From the NCBI GenBank assembly GCA_020137815.1, contig CM035361.1, positions 3,224,001 through 3,288,000 of the forward strand: a DNA stretch of 64,000 bases, read 5' to 3'. This DNA comes from Hormiphora californensis. Lineage: Eukaryota > Animalia > Ctenophora. Position 1 is the stretch's first letter; each line of letters starts with the position of its first letter. Under the pieces are notes generated by a model. It saw only the letters and a program-made list of their open reading frames with translations, was not told the DNA's origin and made no database searches. This document shows positions 47,314 through 60,500 of this stretch, one piece after another. A program made the position numbers and the translations under genes.

Positions 47314-50300
47314 ATGGCACCAGTTTATCGGTATAACAAACGTTCAAGAACAACATCCCGTCAGTCATGGTCTCCAAATAGTATGAAGTGCGCCATCGCC
47401 GCCATCCACAACGGGGCATACGGGTATGATAGAGCGTCCAAGATTTATAATGTGCCGAAAGCCACGCTTTTTAGGAGGGCCAAAGGTACAAACAAGGTTG
47501 CCAGTGGAGTCCAAAAGGTTCTTGGTTCGGGGAGAACAGTGCTTACACGCGATATGGAGAAGAAATTAGCCGGCCATATATTAAAGATGGAGGAGATGCT
47601 ATTCGGTTTGGGGATTCGTGATGTCTGTCGGTTGGCGTACGAGTTAGCTGAACGAAACGGCCTGGCCCACAAATTTAATCGACGGACCAAAATGGCAGGG
47701 TACCATTGGTTTTATAGTTTTATGAGTAGGTTTCCTCATCTGTCGGTGAGAAAACCTGAATCTGTATCAGCTCAAAGGTCCCGATCTTTCAGTAAGAAGA
47801 ATGTTGACGAATTTTTTCATACGTACAAGATACTTCTGGATAAGGTCAAGTTTCTGGTCGTTGCGAGGATTTTTCACAAATTTTCATTTAGATATTTTAA
47901 TATGTTCCTATGATGACTGGTACTCATAATACCACTAGACCGGTGTACAATTGTTTACTCTAAATTTCTGTGAAAACTAGAACTCAATTGCTTGCTCTAA
48001 AGCAAAGTTATAGCCGTTTTAACACGTGCGGAGCAAAATTGTGCGGAGCCCCCTCTGGAGGTGATGTTTTCATCCTTTCTCCATGAAATTTTTGTATATG
48101 TTTAATCAAATTATTTCTACATATACTGTTTAAAAATGAAAAGTCGGGAACTCAAATTGTGCGGAGCACATCGATTTTTGTGGCAAATCTTACTCATTGG
48201 GGTTACTTACATTGACTTAACATTTTATTTATAAACTATTTGATTCTAGAGACATTTTAGGAGCTCATGGAGTCATCAGCTGGATCAATAAGTTTACTCA
48301 AATTAGTGTGGAGCCGATTTTTCCATATAACCAAAATATAGTCGTTGGCCGATCTGTAGTAATACTTCCAAATAGAGTAATAAGTCAAAAAGTATTAGGG
48401 GTAGCTTCTTTAAATAAGTGAATTAATTTGGCAAAACGATAGTGGAGCAAGATTCTTGTATATTTCGAAGATACTAACTCAAAATATGTGGAGCAAATAC
48501 TGATTTTTTGACAAAAACTGCTCCACATCGTTTGAGTTGCGGTTAAACCGGTTCTTGATTTAAAAAATTAGTTGTGCAGATAATTGGGTACCAACAACTT
48601 ACCATTTCAACCAGAAAAAGTTACTCAATTTGTGTGGAGGAGCCCCTAAAGGAGCCGTATCTGTGTCCAGACAGTCACAAAATTCGCCCAAAACCTTATG
48701 GCATGCCCTGTTTCTGATTCTCAGAGAGGAAAATCATTGCTCCCCTAGTTTTGAGTAAAGCTATACTAATGCTTGGTTAAATTATAACTAATATTTGGTT
48801 AAATACTCAATTGGTTGTAGTATAACTCGATTTATCAAGGCCAAAGCAACTGATGGTATTCCATGGTTTTATGTGTAATTGCTCCACACAATTTGAGTCC
48901 CATGATTAGGCAATATTATTACTGTAATATTATGGTCTGATGAACGTTATTTTGATGCAAATAAAACTTATTCTGTTATTATTCAAGGAGATAATTTATA
49001 CTGCGAAAATGGAGGGGGAAATCATGTTTTGCTCCACAAATTTTGAGTCATAAGATTAAATTACTGATAAAATAAGTACTGGTATGTTATTGTTGCCACT
49101 TAGCATACGTTTTTAGTTTGATTGCTTGTGAATTGAACCCGCAAAGTATCGAAGTAAAAAATAATAATTTGGACCCATGAATATAACACCTGCTCCTCAC
49201 AATATGAGCATATCAGGGTACATTTTTTTAGCATGGATACTTATTTTTAACATTTAGGAAAGGAGTTCGATTAATTTTAGAATCTAAAATTATGTTTATC
49301 TTTCCTCAAATGGGCAATAAAAAAGCTTCCCCTTCAAGCAGCTCTGGCTCCGCAAATTATGAGCAAATCGTTACTCATCGGTAATCACGGTTTAGTTTCA
49401 TAAATTATCTTAATATTTAAAAAGGTCCTACTGCTAAACTGATAAAACCTAAAAATCCAGAGAGCATTTAGCATCGTTGGGCTTGGGCTCCACATTATTT
49501 GAGTTTAAGTTCTAAAACGCATGTAGTATACTAATTTAAACATATTTACATAAGTATACTAAATTTTATGTTGATTCAAGTACTCTAAGATGTCCTAATA
49601 AAGGTTTTAAAAATTTTGGTGGAAAATCCAACACCAACTTTTCCCAAAATCCTCGCAACGACCAGAAACTTGACCATAAGCATTCGTTTCCACCCCACCT
49701 CATTTTCAATATGGATGAAAAGGGTGTAAGTACGGTTCCAAACTGTCCTCCTAAGATTATAGGCATGAGGGGTAAGAAACAGGTGGGAACAATGACAAGT
49801 GCAGAACGGGGAGTTAACACCACCGTTGTCGTATGTGGGAACGGGTCTGGAGAATTCATACCGCCGTATTTCATCTTCCCCCGTAAAAAGAAGAATCCAG
49901 AGTTCATGAAAAATGCTCCACAAGGTTCTGACTATCACGCCGAGACCTCTGGTTGGATGACCTATGAGGGGTTTAATCAATGGTTGAAATTCTTTATCGC
50001 AAGAGTCGGATGTACGGTGGAGAGGAAATGTTTAGTTATCCTTGATGGCCACATAACACATGTGAACAGCATAGCGGCGATTGAATTAGCAAGAGATAAT
50101 GGAGTGGAGCTCCTGAAATTTCCGCCACACTGTACACATAGAATGCAGCCCATGGACGTAACTGTGATGGGGCCTCTACAGACTGGATTTGCGAAACATT
50201 GTGCACTCTGGATGAGACAAAATCCTGGTTCCCAGATTAGTATTTACCAAATAGCTGAACTATTCGGGAAAGCTTTCGAGGGAACACGAATGACAGGAAA

Positions 50301-52970
50301 TTTAGCGTCCGGATTTAAAAAGTGTGGCATATGGCCGGTAAAGGAGGACATATTTGAAGGACAGTATGTGACAGCCCATCAGAACCCCTCAACAAGTGCC
50401 TTACCCCTGGGCCCTGGGCATCAGTCTGCCTCCGATCTCTCATCTGATGAAGGACATCCGGACACCAATTCCATTGACCCAGCAGACATAGTACCCCTTC
50501 CCACCATCACCTACAGTGGTGAAGGAAAACAACGGAGGAGAACCAACAGCAGTGCTGGTTCAGTGGTAATCACCAGTAGCCCGCACTTGAACAAGCTGAG
50601 ACTAGAGGACGAGAACCGGACCTTAAAAGAAGAGGTTAAAAGATTAAAAAGAGAACTGAAGGGTAGCAAGAAGACAATCCCCGATACCGACACGAGATCA
50701 GGAAAATCCTACAAGTGCAAGGCACGGGTGAGGAAACAACCACCTGCCGTGAACAGTAACACTGACGATGATCTCCCTCCTGTATCTCCAGTCCCACCAG
50801 GTAGGAAAAGAAAGTGTAAATGATAACTGGGTGTGAAGATTTACAGTTTTAATTCAATTCCATTCCTTTTTCACAACTCACGCCCCCTCCAGGTACAAGC
50901 AAGGGCAAGGCACGGGCCAGAAAACAACCACCTGCCGTGAACAGTAACACTGACGATGATCTCCCTCCTGTATCTCCAGTCCGACCAGGTAGGAAAAGAA
51001 AGTGAAATGATAACTGGGTGTGAAGATTTACAGTTTTAGTTCAATTCCATTCCTTTTTCACAACTCACGCCCCCTCCAGGTACAAGCAAGGGCAAGGCAC
51101 GGGCCAGAAAACAACCACCTGCCGTGAACAGTAACACTGACGATGATCTCCCTCCTGTATCTCCAGTCCGACCAGGTAGGAAAAGAAAGTGTAAATGATA
51201 ACTAGGTGTGAAGATTTACAGTTTTAATTCAATTCCATTCCTTTTTCACAACTCACGCCCCCTCCAGGTACAAGCAAGGGCAAGGCACGGGCCAGAAAAC
51301 AACCACCTGCCGTGAACAGTAACACTGACGATGATCTCCCTCCTGTATCTCCAGTCCCACCAGGTAGGAAAAGAAAGTGAACTGAAAACTGGGTGTGAAG
51401 ATTTACAGTTTTAGGCCCCTGTCTACCCTAATTCTGTTCCATGCATTTTTTACAACTCACGCGCACGTCCCTTCCAGTTACCGGCAAGTGTAAGGTACAA
51501 GCCAGGAAAAAGCTAACTTATCCCCCGAATCTCGACGATAATCTCCCTCCTGTATCCCCAGTCCCACCAGGTAGGAAAAGAAAGTGTAAATGATAACTAG
51601 GTGTGAAGATTTACAGTTTTAATTCAATTCCATTCCTTTTTCACAACTCACGCCCCCTCCAGGTACAAGCAAGTGCAAGGCACGGGCCAGAAAACAACCA
51701 CCTGCCGTGAACAGTAACACTGACGATGATCTCCCTCCTGTATCTCCAGTCCGACCAGGTAGGAAAAGAAAGTGAAATGATAACTGGGTGTGAAGATTTA
51801 CAGTTTTAGTTCAATTCCATTCCTTTTTCACAACTCACGCCCCCTCCAGGTACAAGCAAGGGCAAGGCACGGGCGAGGAAACAACCACCTGTCGTGAAAA
51901 TTGACGATAATCTCCCTCCTGTATCCCCAGTCCCACCAGGTAGGAAAAGAAAGTGAAATGATAACTGGGTGTGAAGATTTACAGTTTTAGGCTCTAGATC
52001 CGGTTTAAGTTAACTGGGTGTGAAAATTTACAGATTTAATTCAATTCCATTCTTTTTTCACAACTCACACCCCCTCCAGGTACAAGCAAGGGCAAGGCAC
52101 GGGCGAGGAAACAACCACCTGTCGTGAAAATTGACGATGATCTCCCTCCTGTATCTCCAGTCCCACCAGGTAGGAAAAGAAAGTGAAATGATAACTGGGT
52201 GTGAAGATTTACAGTTTTAGGCTCTAGATAGTAGATCCGGTTTAAGTTAGTTAGATCACACCCTGGTAAATGATAACTGGGTGTGAAGATTTACAGTTTT
52301 AATTCAATTCCATTCCTTTTTCACAACTCACACCCCCTCCAGGTACAAGCAAGGGCAAGGCACGGGCCAGAAAACAACCACCTGTCGTGAAAATTGACGA
52401 TGATCTCCCTTCTGTATCTCCAGTCCCACCAGGTAGGAAAAGAAAGTGAAATGATAACTGGGTGTGAAGATTTACAGTTTTAGGCTCTAGATAGTAGATG
52501 GGGGGGGGGGGGGTTCCAACCTATTTCTTGTATGTTTGTACAAAAATATACAAAAAAGTACAAAAAAATAAAAACAGTTTTATATGGTAATTTACCATTA
52601 CTAGCGCACCCATTGGGTGCGCCTCAAGTAAGGGCTTTTTGATAACCTATCCGGCTTCGCCGGGTGGTTCTTTTCGCCCCTTTTACCGTCAAAAACATGG
52701 TTGCCATGGCAACTGAATTGGTAACTATGGGGACTGGCGTCTTAAAATTCATTCGAAAATATAAACAAACTTCGACTGGAAGTTCCAAAAATGTAAACAA
52801 CAGCTTTGCAGCTTTGTGCACACAAAGTATTTTATGAAGGAGCAGTCTGTCGCGTAGATACCGCCTAACGAACGACCACTTCGACGTTCATCTCCAAATT
52901 ATAATAGAGACTAGAAAGCCCGTTGGTTGGACCCCGTTGATGTCTCTCTCTCCATCTCTCTCTCTTCCCC

Positions 52971-53051
<81 letters not shown>

Positions 53052-53330
53052 ACTCTCTAACTTCATCTCTTCATCATATCCGTGTCGGGCTGAAGAATAT
53101 GGAGGTTGGTAGAGTGACAGGGATGGTGATGCTAGAAAGCCCGTTGGATGGACCCCGTTGATTGATTGAACTCCGTTGATATCTATCTTTCTCTATCTCT
53201 ATTTTTCTCCATGTATCTCTCTATCTCGCTTTCCCTCTATCTCTCTATCTCTCTCGCTCTATTTAGCTCGCTGTCCCTCTATCTCTCTCGCTCCATCTCT
53301 CTCAGCTCCCTCTATCTCTCTTTGTCTCTA

Positions 53331-53419
<89 letters not shown>

Positions 53420-54496
53420 ATCATGTCGGGCTGAAGAATATGGAGGTTGGTAGAGTGGTAGGGATGGTGATGAATATCAAGGGTCTTTGTTAGATGGCTG
53501 CTTGAAACATGCCGAATTAGGTGATAAACATCTGTAGAATTGTAGCTGTGTAGAGTAATTATCGGGGGTACGTAGGTAGAATAGATCTGGAAATCATCGG
53601 GGCAGCAACAGTAGATGCCATCACACCTCAAAACACCGCAGGAACACACAACAAACAACCAACAACATGCACGTGCAGTATTCAAACCCTTGCCCACCAA
53701 CCATAACAACCCCTTGATTTGCACGGGCAAATGGGGCAAATTGTTGCACGCTAGTGTTGCAAGCTAGGATACTATTTCTTACCGAGAAAATTTTCTCGAA
53801 TCGTATTTTCTAAGCGAGAAATTTCCCCGAATCGCAATTTCTTACCGAGAAATTTTTCTCGAATCGTATTTTCTAAGCGAGAAATTTCCCCGAATCGCAA
53901 TTTCTTACCGAGAAAATTTTCTCGAATCGTATTACAAAAAAATACAAAAAAATAGGTTGGAACCCCCCCTAGTAGATCCGGTTTAAGTTAGTTAGATCAC
54001 ACCCTGGTAAATGATAACTGGGTGTGAAGATTTACAGTTTTAATTCAATTCCATTCCTTTTTCACAACTCACACCCCCTCCAGGTACAAGCAAGGGCAAG
54101 GCACGGGCCAGAAAACAACCACCTGCGATGAACACTGACAATTTTCCTGCTGCTCAAGATAGAGTTTATCCACAGAGTTTGAGACCCGGGCAGTTTGTTC
54201 TGGTCAAATTCGATGTAAAAGATGGGGCATGTCATTACGCCGGTTTTACTCGGGAAATGGTCACTTCTGAAGGAATCGAGATCAAGTTTCTGCGACGGGT
54301 TAGACGGGCTATAAACCCGTCTCGTACGAAACTAAGATTTGAGTACCCTTGCGAAGAAGATATTAAAAGGGTACCAGCGAAAGACATTGTGATGGTGCTG
54401 CAGGTACCGGAAGTGAGGCCGACATCTAGCAAGAGGATTTCAAGCCAGTTGATATTTGATGACCATAGATTTGAACATTTCTTCCCAATCTACTGA
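47314..54496 (+). CDS. pogo-family transposase (HTH-psq, CENP-B HTH, DD36D), interrupted at 47844-49679, then 8 repeat exons and terminal exon 54084-54496
   Basis: Removing the insert gives LLDKHSFPPHLIFNMDEKG. Catalytic motifs NMDE/LDGH/QPMD. C-terminal GQFVLVKF...YAG...IKFLRR...FEYP..ED domain. Confidence 0.88.
47844..49675. mobile_element. 1.83-kb non-autonomous TIR element, 4-bp TSD, related in design to the 43137 element
   Basis: ATAA|GGTCAAGTTTCTGGTCGTTGCGAGGATTTT...AAAATCCTCGCAACGACCAGAAACTTGACC|ATAA. Confidence 0.9.
50705..52490 (+). repeat. Tandem ~188-bp intron+exon units of the transposase
   Basis: Repeated CCACCAG|GTAGGAAAAG...CCCCTCCAG|GTACAAGC. Confidence 0.9.
52500..53969. 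mobile_element. TIR element with poly-G termini and 8-bp TSD, in the last transposase intron
   Basis: TAGTAGAT|GGGG...TTCCAACCTATTT...AAATAGGTTGGAACCCCCCC|TAGTAGAT. Confidence 0.85.
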
Positions 54497-55687
54497 ATTT
54501 CTATTCCTATTTTATCTTTTTTAGATATTGAAAACTGTTGTCGTAATAGTATTAGCAGGGGCCATTCAAAAGGGACGTCCGTGATTTTTGTTCATTTTTC
54601 GACCCTCGGCCTCCATCCCCTTGTCCGAGTTTCGTGCACAATGCACACTCTCGGTCGAATTTCCCCTCTCCCTACCCTCGGACGTCAGTTTTGAATGGTC
54701 CCACAGTAAATAAAAGAGGGAGGCAAATAAACTGGCTGTAACAGTTCGTGTTCCACGTTCGCGTGTGTGTCCCACTTTCGTGTCTGACCTGTCCTTCGTC
54801 CGAATTCACCATCAGTAACGCGCTGAGGAAATGAACCAATCAAAGTTCATGTGCGCCATGTGTGGGTGCGCCTTTTTAGGAGGCGCGTTCGTTTGTTCCC
54901 GGGAACCAGATGCGTTTAGTCCATACCTTCTGTGTTTGTTATCGTTTTTATCCATGTTTGTACCTCGTTGGGTTATGGGAAGGGCCCAGTGAAGATGAAA
55001 ACAGTGCAGGTTCATTTATATGATGGTGCCGTAACCGTTTAACTCATTGGGATAGTTTTAAGGTCAAATGGGATAGGCCATATTGGCAAAACATTTGGTC
55101 ATATGGGATATCCCATTTTGCCAAAATGGACTATCCCATTTAGCCAAATAAATGCTATCCCGTATAACCTAATTTTTAAAACGCTGTACATTTTTTTTCC
55201 CAAATGGAATACCAGCATATCTCTACTAAGGGCTTATTTTAAGCTTTAAATGACACATTGGGGAAATAAAATGAATGATTTAATGACCATCTACCAAAAA
55301 ATTTTAGGTATTAGACTAAATCGTTGAACAGGACAGACCTAAACAAGATAGTGGTTCATATGGGTCAAGTCTCCCCTACATGTAGCAGGTCAGCCACATT
55401 TAATTACCCCCCTGCTAACCCAGTATCGTCCATTCGGATTGTCTCGCCTCAGTCCTTTCACTGTATCAACGAGAGTTTTCCGCTCTCGCTGCTCCTCCGG
55501 TGTTAGGTCGGGGGAGAGAAACACCGAGGAGAATTTCTCTGAATCTCGGAGCTGTTTTGCTTTTCTTAGAAGTTGTAACAAAGTTTCCCTCCTTTCAAGT
55601 GTAACAATTACTGGTCTCGGTCGGTTATCAGTCTTTACCTTAGAGCTTTTTGCTCTTTCAGTTCAGAGGGCGTAAGATCCGGAGAGA

Positions 55688-56791
55688 TTTATTTATTTAT
55701 TATTTATTAAATCTATATAATAATTTACACAGTTTGATGTATAAAATTATCAGCCCCTTTTTGTGGGCAAAAATCGGTTGATCAAAGATATGAGTCCATT
55801 TAAGAGTCCAGTTTATATAGATAGTCTATGAAAAGTTTATCGCTCCTTTCCGTATCCGAAATTGTCTTTCGGGATTCGATTCCCTTAACTCCTTCAATGT
55901 AAGGTGGAGTTCCCTCCTCTCCGTTCTCTCTGCGAGTGACATATCTCTTGACAAGTATACACCGCAGTACGATTCGGACTGTTTCAACTGCCTAGCCTTC
56001 TGGAGAAGGCTCAGCAGCATTTCTCTACTCTGTAGCTTCACGATCACGGGTCTCTCCCTTCCTTCCCGTTTCAAACCCACCCTTTTAGCTACAACAATAG
56101 GTTTCTCATCAAGCTCAGCCAAAACATTCTCTATCTCACATTTCAACACAGATTCAGATTCCGCCTCAACTTCCGGTAGACCAAACACCATCAGATTTTT
56201 GGATCTGTCTGGATCTGGACTCGAATCAACTTTTTTGCCATGAGCTTTCCCTTCATCTTTCTTGATATTTTTCGGTGCAAGAGCAGACCTACAATTCTGC
56301 GTCAAGACCGTTGAGAAAGAACGCAGATCTTTCTGTACTGTTTCGGTTACTCGATGTAGTTGAGTGTCCTGGAGCTCAATGACCTGCTCTTGTAACCTAA
56401 CAGTCTTTCTCAACAGGTCATCCATCTCAACTCTCAATATCTCCTCTTTTTTCTGCAACTCCAAACTCTTTCTCAACAGTTCATCTCTTTCTTCCTTTAA
56501 TTCCAACTCAGGCGACTTCTCGACGTTGAAATGATGTTGGAAGTACTTTAGAAGTGGCAAGGTCGACAGAAATACATCTTCTAATACAGATGCCAAATCA
56601 CGTTTCGAGTGGGATGAGTGGATATTGAAAGATGTCGGTATTTCCCTGATATCCTCGGGGCTAGCCCTTAACTTTCTGGTTAAATCCGGTGAAGGAATCC
56701 CTGCATACTTGACCATGGTCAGGATCCGGCTCGCATACCAATCCAAATCAGCCTGAGTCAGCTCCTCTTGATGTACTGGAATAACTGTCAT
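55688..56791 (-). mobile_element. ORF1-only derivative A; ORF 56791-55826 (321 aa, coiled coil + L1-like RRM/CTD-type ORF1)
   Basis: NLMVFGLPE...RPVIVKL...VYLSRDMS.AER..R. The stop is followed by a 138-nt 3'UTR and (TAAA)n tail; no RT. Confidence 0.85.
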
Positions 56792-57514
56792 ATAATAATA
56801 ATAATAATAATATCGAATATTTATATCCCGCTATCATGCGTTAAATATGCTAGTTCACTACTCGTTTAAACTAGAACTTAAAGATATACTTAAAGAACAC
56901 CGAGATTATCGTTAAAACTAACACCGCGTCTATAGCGGCCTTCTCATAGCCAGAGGAATGCCATTCAAGCTAATTTTGATCAAGAAATAATAATAAAGAG
57001 AGAAGATTTAGTCCGAGGAAAAAAGTATAAAAAATACGTTATGGTATAAAAAAGAAGAAAAGATAGATGATTGTGATTTGAATATTGTTAATTAGTAAGA
57101 ATTAGGGTGGAGTCATGTTGAAATAGTGTGAGGGAAGTGAAATAAGTTGAAAAAGTTCATCGAAGTGGATAATGTGGAAAGGCAGTGACTAAGGTTGGAC
57201 AAAATTGATACAACAAAAAAAAAAAAAAAAAAAAGAAAGAAAGAAAAGTGAGTGATAACAGCTGGGTAGCTTGAGTCAGATTGAATAATACAGATTACTT
57301 TTTGATTAAAAATAATAAGTTAATTGGGTGATTAAAATAATAAATTAGTGGATTAAGAATATTTTTATCATAAAAATAAATTATAATCAGTTGTAGCAAA
57401 ATAAAGTGATGTGCTGTGATTAAATTGTGTGTGTGTGGGCTTGTCTTTACGGATCTAGTCTTGTCTTTTCTTTAGCTCAAAGTTAGTCAACTAGGACCCA
57501 TAGACAAAGATGTA

Positions 57515-60500
57515 TTATCGGCAGGATGGGTTTAGAATCTTGGCCTTCGATTTACGTGGTTGAGTCACTGTGTTCGTACCACTGTTACTATCTGGATAAG
57601 CGACGGTGAAAAGATGAGTTTTCAACATTTGCTTGAAAGTTTCAAGAGATGATACTTCTCTTAGGCTTTTAGGTAGTTTGTTCCAAATCTTAGGTCCGCA
57701 TACACTGAACGCTTTCTGAGTGGTAAGATATTTTGTATCATGGCGTTTTTCCACTAGGGTTAGGTCATCATCAAGACGAACTTTTCTGGCCTTCGGCTGT
57801 CTGCGCATAATCATGTCTGACAGATACTCAGGCACAAGTCCATGTATACATTTATAGACCAGGAGGCAGACTTTGAAAACGATTCTTTGCTCGACCGGAA
57901 GGAAATGAAGTTTCTTCCTCATTTCAGTAACTCCTCGCTTTCCTTTCGATCCATAGATAAATCTAGTGGCACTGTTTTGCACTTTTTGTAGTCGTTGCAA
58001 ATCCCGTTTTGAAAGTCCAACGAGTAGTCCATTACCAAAATCTAGCCTTGAGTGAACAAGTTGATGTACAAGTTGAGTCTTTAGCTGTACAGTGAGTCCT
58101 TTCCTGATCCTCCATAGATTTGCCAGCTGGCTCCAACACGACTGGATAACTCGGGACACATGGGATGACATTGAGAAGGTTTGGTCAAACCAGACACCTA
58201 AATTTCGAGCTTCTGTGGATGGTTCAGTCGGGATTTTGTCACTCTTTTGCAGGAAGATCGATGTCGGATTAGGTGACTTGTCTGCTTTATTGTTGATCAC
58301 GACAATTTCGGTTTTACCTGAATTTAGCTTTAGATAGTTAGCTTTCATCCACCATTTGATGTGTTGAAGGCAGTCTTGGATTTTCTCAAAAATGATGTCC
58401 TCATTGGCTGGATCAAAGCTGATATACAACTGGGTATCATCTGCATACATGTGCACGTGTAGCCCATAGATACCTGCAATGTCTTGAATCTCTCGTGTAT
58501 ACATAATAAAGAGGATGGGACCCAAGATTGATCCTTGAGGGACACCTATCTCGATTTCGATTGAAGGAGACATTTCATCTCCTGTATCAACCGAAGACGT
58601 TCTACCAATCAAGTAGGATTTGAACCACTTTAAGGCCGTCTGCTTGATGCCATAGTAATTATACAGCTTGTCTAACAGAGTGGTATGTTTAACAGTATCG
58701 AAAGCTGCGCTTAAATCAAGCAACAGTAGAATCACTTTTGATTTGCTATCCATCAACAGAAGAATGTCATTGAAGATCTTAAGTGTCGCTGTCTCACAGG
58801 AATGATACTTCCGGTAGGCCGATTGCTTGGTGGGCAAGAGCTTGTTTGCTTCGAGATATTCAATCAGTTGTAATGAAGCGCATTTTTCAACAACTTTTGA
58901 GACAAAGCTAAGGTTGCTTATCGGCCTATAACTGTTTAGTTCCTCAGAATCCAGATCCTTACCTTTAAACGACGGACGGATGATGGCTTCTTTGAAGACT
59001 TTTGGAAATACACCTTTTGTTAAACTGTCGTTAACAATCCGTGATAACACAGGTATAAGCTCAGGAAGTGCGTCACTGACCATACTTGAAGGCATTGGAT
59101 CCAGAGAACAATGCTTCTTGTTCATATCACGAATAGTTCTGGCCAGTTCCTCATCGGTCACAGGTCTAAACTTAGTAAGCGATGATGTACAGGTTATTGG
59201 TTCAGGTTGAGTTGTTGGGGTTGGAACATCCTCAGCCTCAATCACAGAGTATATTTTTGTTACTTTAGCTTTGAAGAACTCGTTGAATCTGGTTGCTAGT
59301 GGAGTTGCTTCCTTTTTTGATGGCAGTGTTGAAGGTGTTTTTTCCTTTCCAAGCAAACTGTTGACCACTCTGTGTGTAGATTTCGGGTTTCCTTTTACTC
59401 GTTCTAGTTTTTTACTGACAAAACTAGCTTTGGCATTACCAAGAACTTTGGATGCGAACTTGCTGGTGCTTTTCCAACAGTGGTATTTTAAGACAAGTTT
59501 CTTAGGATTTGTCTTCTTTAGACGAGCACGTCTCCAGCGTCGTTCGGCTCCTCTACGTATTCGACGAGCATTTTGGCAAGTAGGCGTTCTTATCCATTGG
59601 GGTTGGTCTGGGTGCTTTATCCTCTTTTCTTCTTCAGGGGCAACTTTGTCTGTGATGGACTGGAGAGTTCTGTTGTATAGCACAACACATTCTTCTTGGT
59701 CGGCTGGAAGCGCTTCAGAAAGTTTGGAGTTTCTAATGAGTTCACGAAGATTCGCTGGGTCAACTTCTTTGAAATTTCTGCATTTTTTCAATACTTCGTC
59801 GTCCTTCATCTTTAGTGGTATTCCTGCTGTGCACTTTACTAAATAGTGGTCTGGGGCAGGAGGCACAGGGTATGACTCTATTTCAGTTACTTCAATTCCA
59901 TCTGGCATTCCATGAAATAAATGTGGAATGTGTTCTTCATTTATTTCGTCAAGTTTGCTGCTGCGGAACGGGGCACCAATGGTGTCAGAGAGTGGGGCAA
60001 TATCCTGGGTAAGGATAAGATCCAGTGTGCCTCCTTTGATGTGGGTCGGTCCAGTTACTTTATTTCTCCAACCAAACTGGTTCAGAAGTTCATTGAATTT
60101 TCGCGTTTGGGGATCTAGGTTGTCCTCGACATGAATATTGAAGTCTCCACATATTAAACAGCGCTCTTTCCTCTCTGCTAATTTCAGAAAAAGATCCTCT
60201 AGTTCATCTAGAAACGCAGTAAACTGGCCCGAGGTGCCAGGCCGGTACACTACAACTATCCTGGTATTAGTAGGTTCTTTGAGGAGAACCTCAAGGCATT
60301 CGAACTGCTTAAACTTGTGACAATACTTACTTGTTTTCGTCCTCCTTCTGGTAACTAAAGCTACACCACCTCCTCTACCTACACGTGGATGTGATACTAT
60401 GTTGAAACCTGCTTCTTTGAAAAGAGCACAGAGAGCACCATCGTCCTTTTTCATCCATGTTTCTGTTAGTGCAAAAGCGTCTAAGTCTTCATCTACTGCA

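Larger units (their letters stand above)
43118..55376 (+). mobile_element. pogo/Fot-like DNA transposon (~6.1 kb after removing 4 nested inserts)
   Basis: TA|GGGGAGACTTGACCCATATG...CATATGGGTCAAGTCTCCCC|TA. Encodes a DDD transposase. Confidence 0.9.
42993..55636 (-). mobile_element. ORF1-only derivative B (55636-55379 + 43117-42993), split by the pogo element
   Basis: RPVIVTL...VFLSPDLTPEEQRERK...RYWVSRGVIKCG*, a short 3'UTR and (TAA)n tail. TSD ACCTTAGA at 42985-92 and 55637-44. Confidence 0.85.
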
